Source: Gracilinanus agilis
Lineage: Eukaryota
Direction of reading: 5' to 3'
NCBI RefSeq assembly: GCF_016433145.1
Contig: NC_058130.1
Span: forward strand, 278,318,566-278,382,565
DNA: 64,000 bases
The translations under genes and the position numbers were made by a program. Of this stretch, positions 63,771 to 64,000 are shown piece after piece (the first letter of the stretch is position 1; each line of letters starts with the position of its first letter). The notes under the pieces are model-generated. The model ran no database searches. It was not told where the DNA came from and worked only from the letters and a program-made list of their open reading frames with translations.

Positions 63771-64000
63771 CCTTCAAATCTGTGCCTGGAAATTATTTGG
63801 CGCAATACTCACAACTCAAATCTGTTCATCTAGTTTGAATCCTGTCTGCTACCAGTTTTAAGATCATCTCTGTCCTCATCAGTTAGATAGCTAGCTTCTA
63901 CTTATTCCTCTATCAGACCTGTGAGGAATATAAATTAAAGAAAGGGAACATCATTGGGGTTCAGCCATAACAGAAACTTACCAGAAGAATCTTATTCAGT

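Noticed and set aside
1-64000. Prokaryotic features (CRISPR arrays, operons, rRNA)
   Set aside because: The sequence is marsupial genomic DNA; no regularly spaced repeat-spacer array or rRNA-like sequence was seen.

Overview
This is eukaryotic, AT-rich, CpG-depleted genomic DNA from a didelphid marsupial, most likely Monodelphis domestica. The assignment rests on six or seven SINE1_Mdo-type SINEs, marsupial L1s, Mar1/MIR, an RTE-type SINE, L2 and CR1. The window is dominated by interspersed repeats, and I cannot identify any host protein-coding gene; only weak exon-like candidates exist. Main elements: (1) the 5' part of a lightly mutated L1 on the minus strand (1-2775); (2) an old, ORF1-less L1 (about 4340-9950) interrupted by two LTRs and a SINE; (3) a decayed ~5.3 kb class I (gamma-like) ERV (about 14690-20010); (4) about ten solo or partial LTRs, several nested. 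The ERV is the most unusual object. Its gag is recognisable (CA start, MHR, CCHC knuckle) but is preceded by a hydrophobic N-terminus. Where pro/pol/env should be, it carries a ~2 kb decayed hydrophilic orphan reading frame with a PAM2-like (PABP-binding) motif. Repeat family names come from memory of consensus sequences, and boundaries are approximate unless target-site duplications (TSDs) or TG...CA ends are stated.
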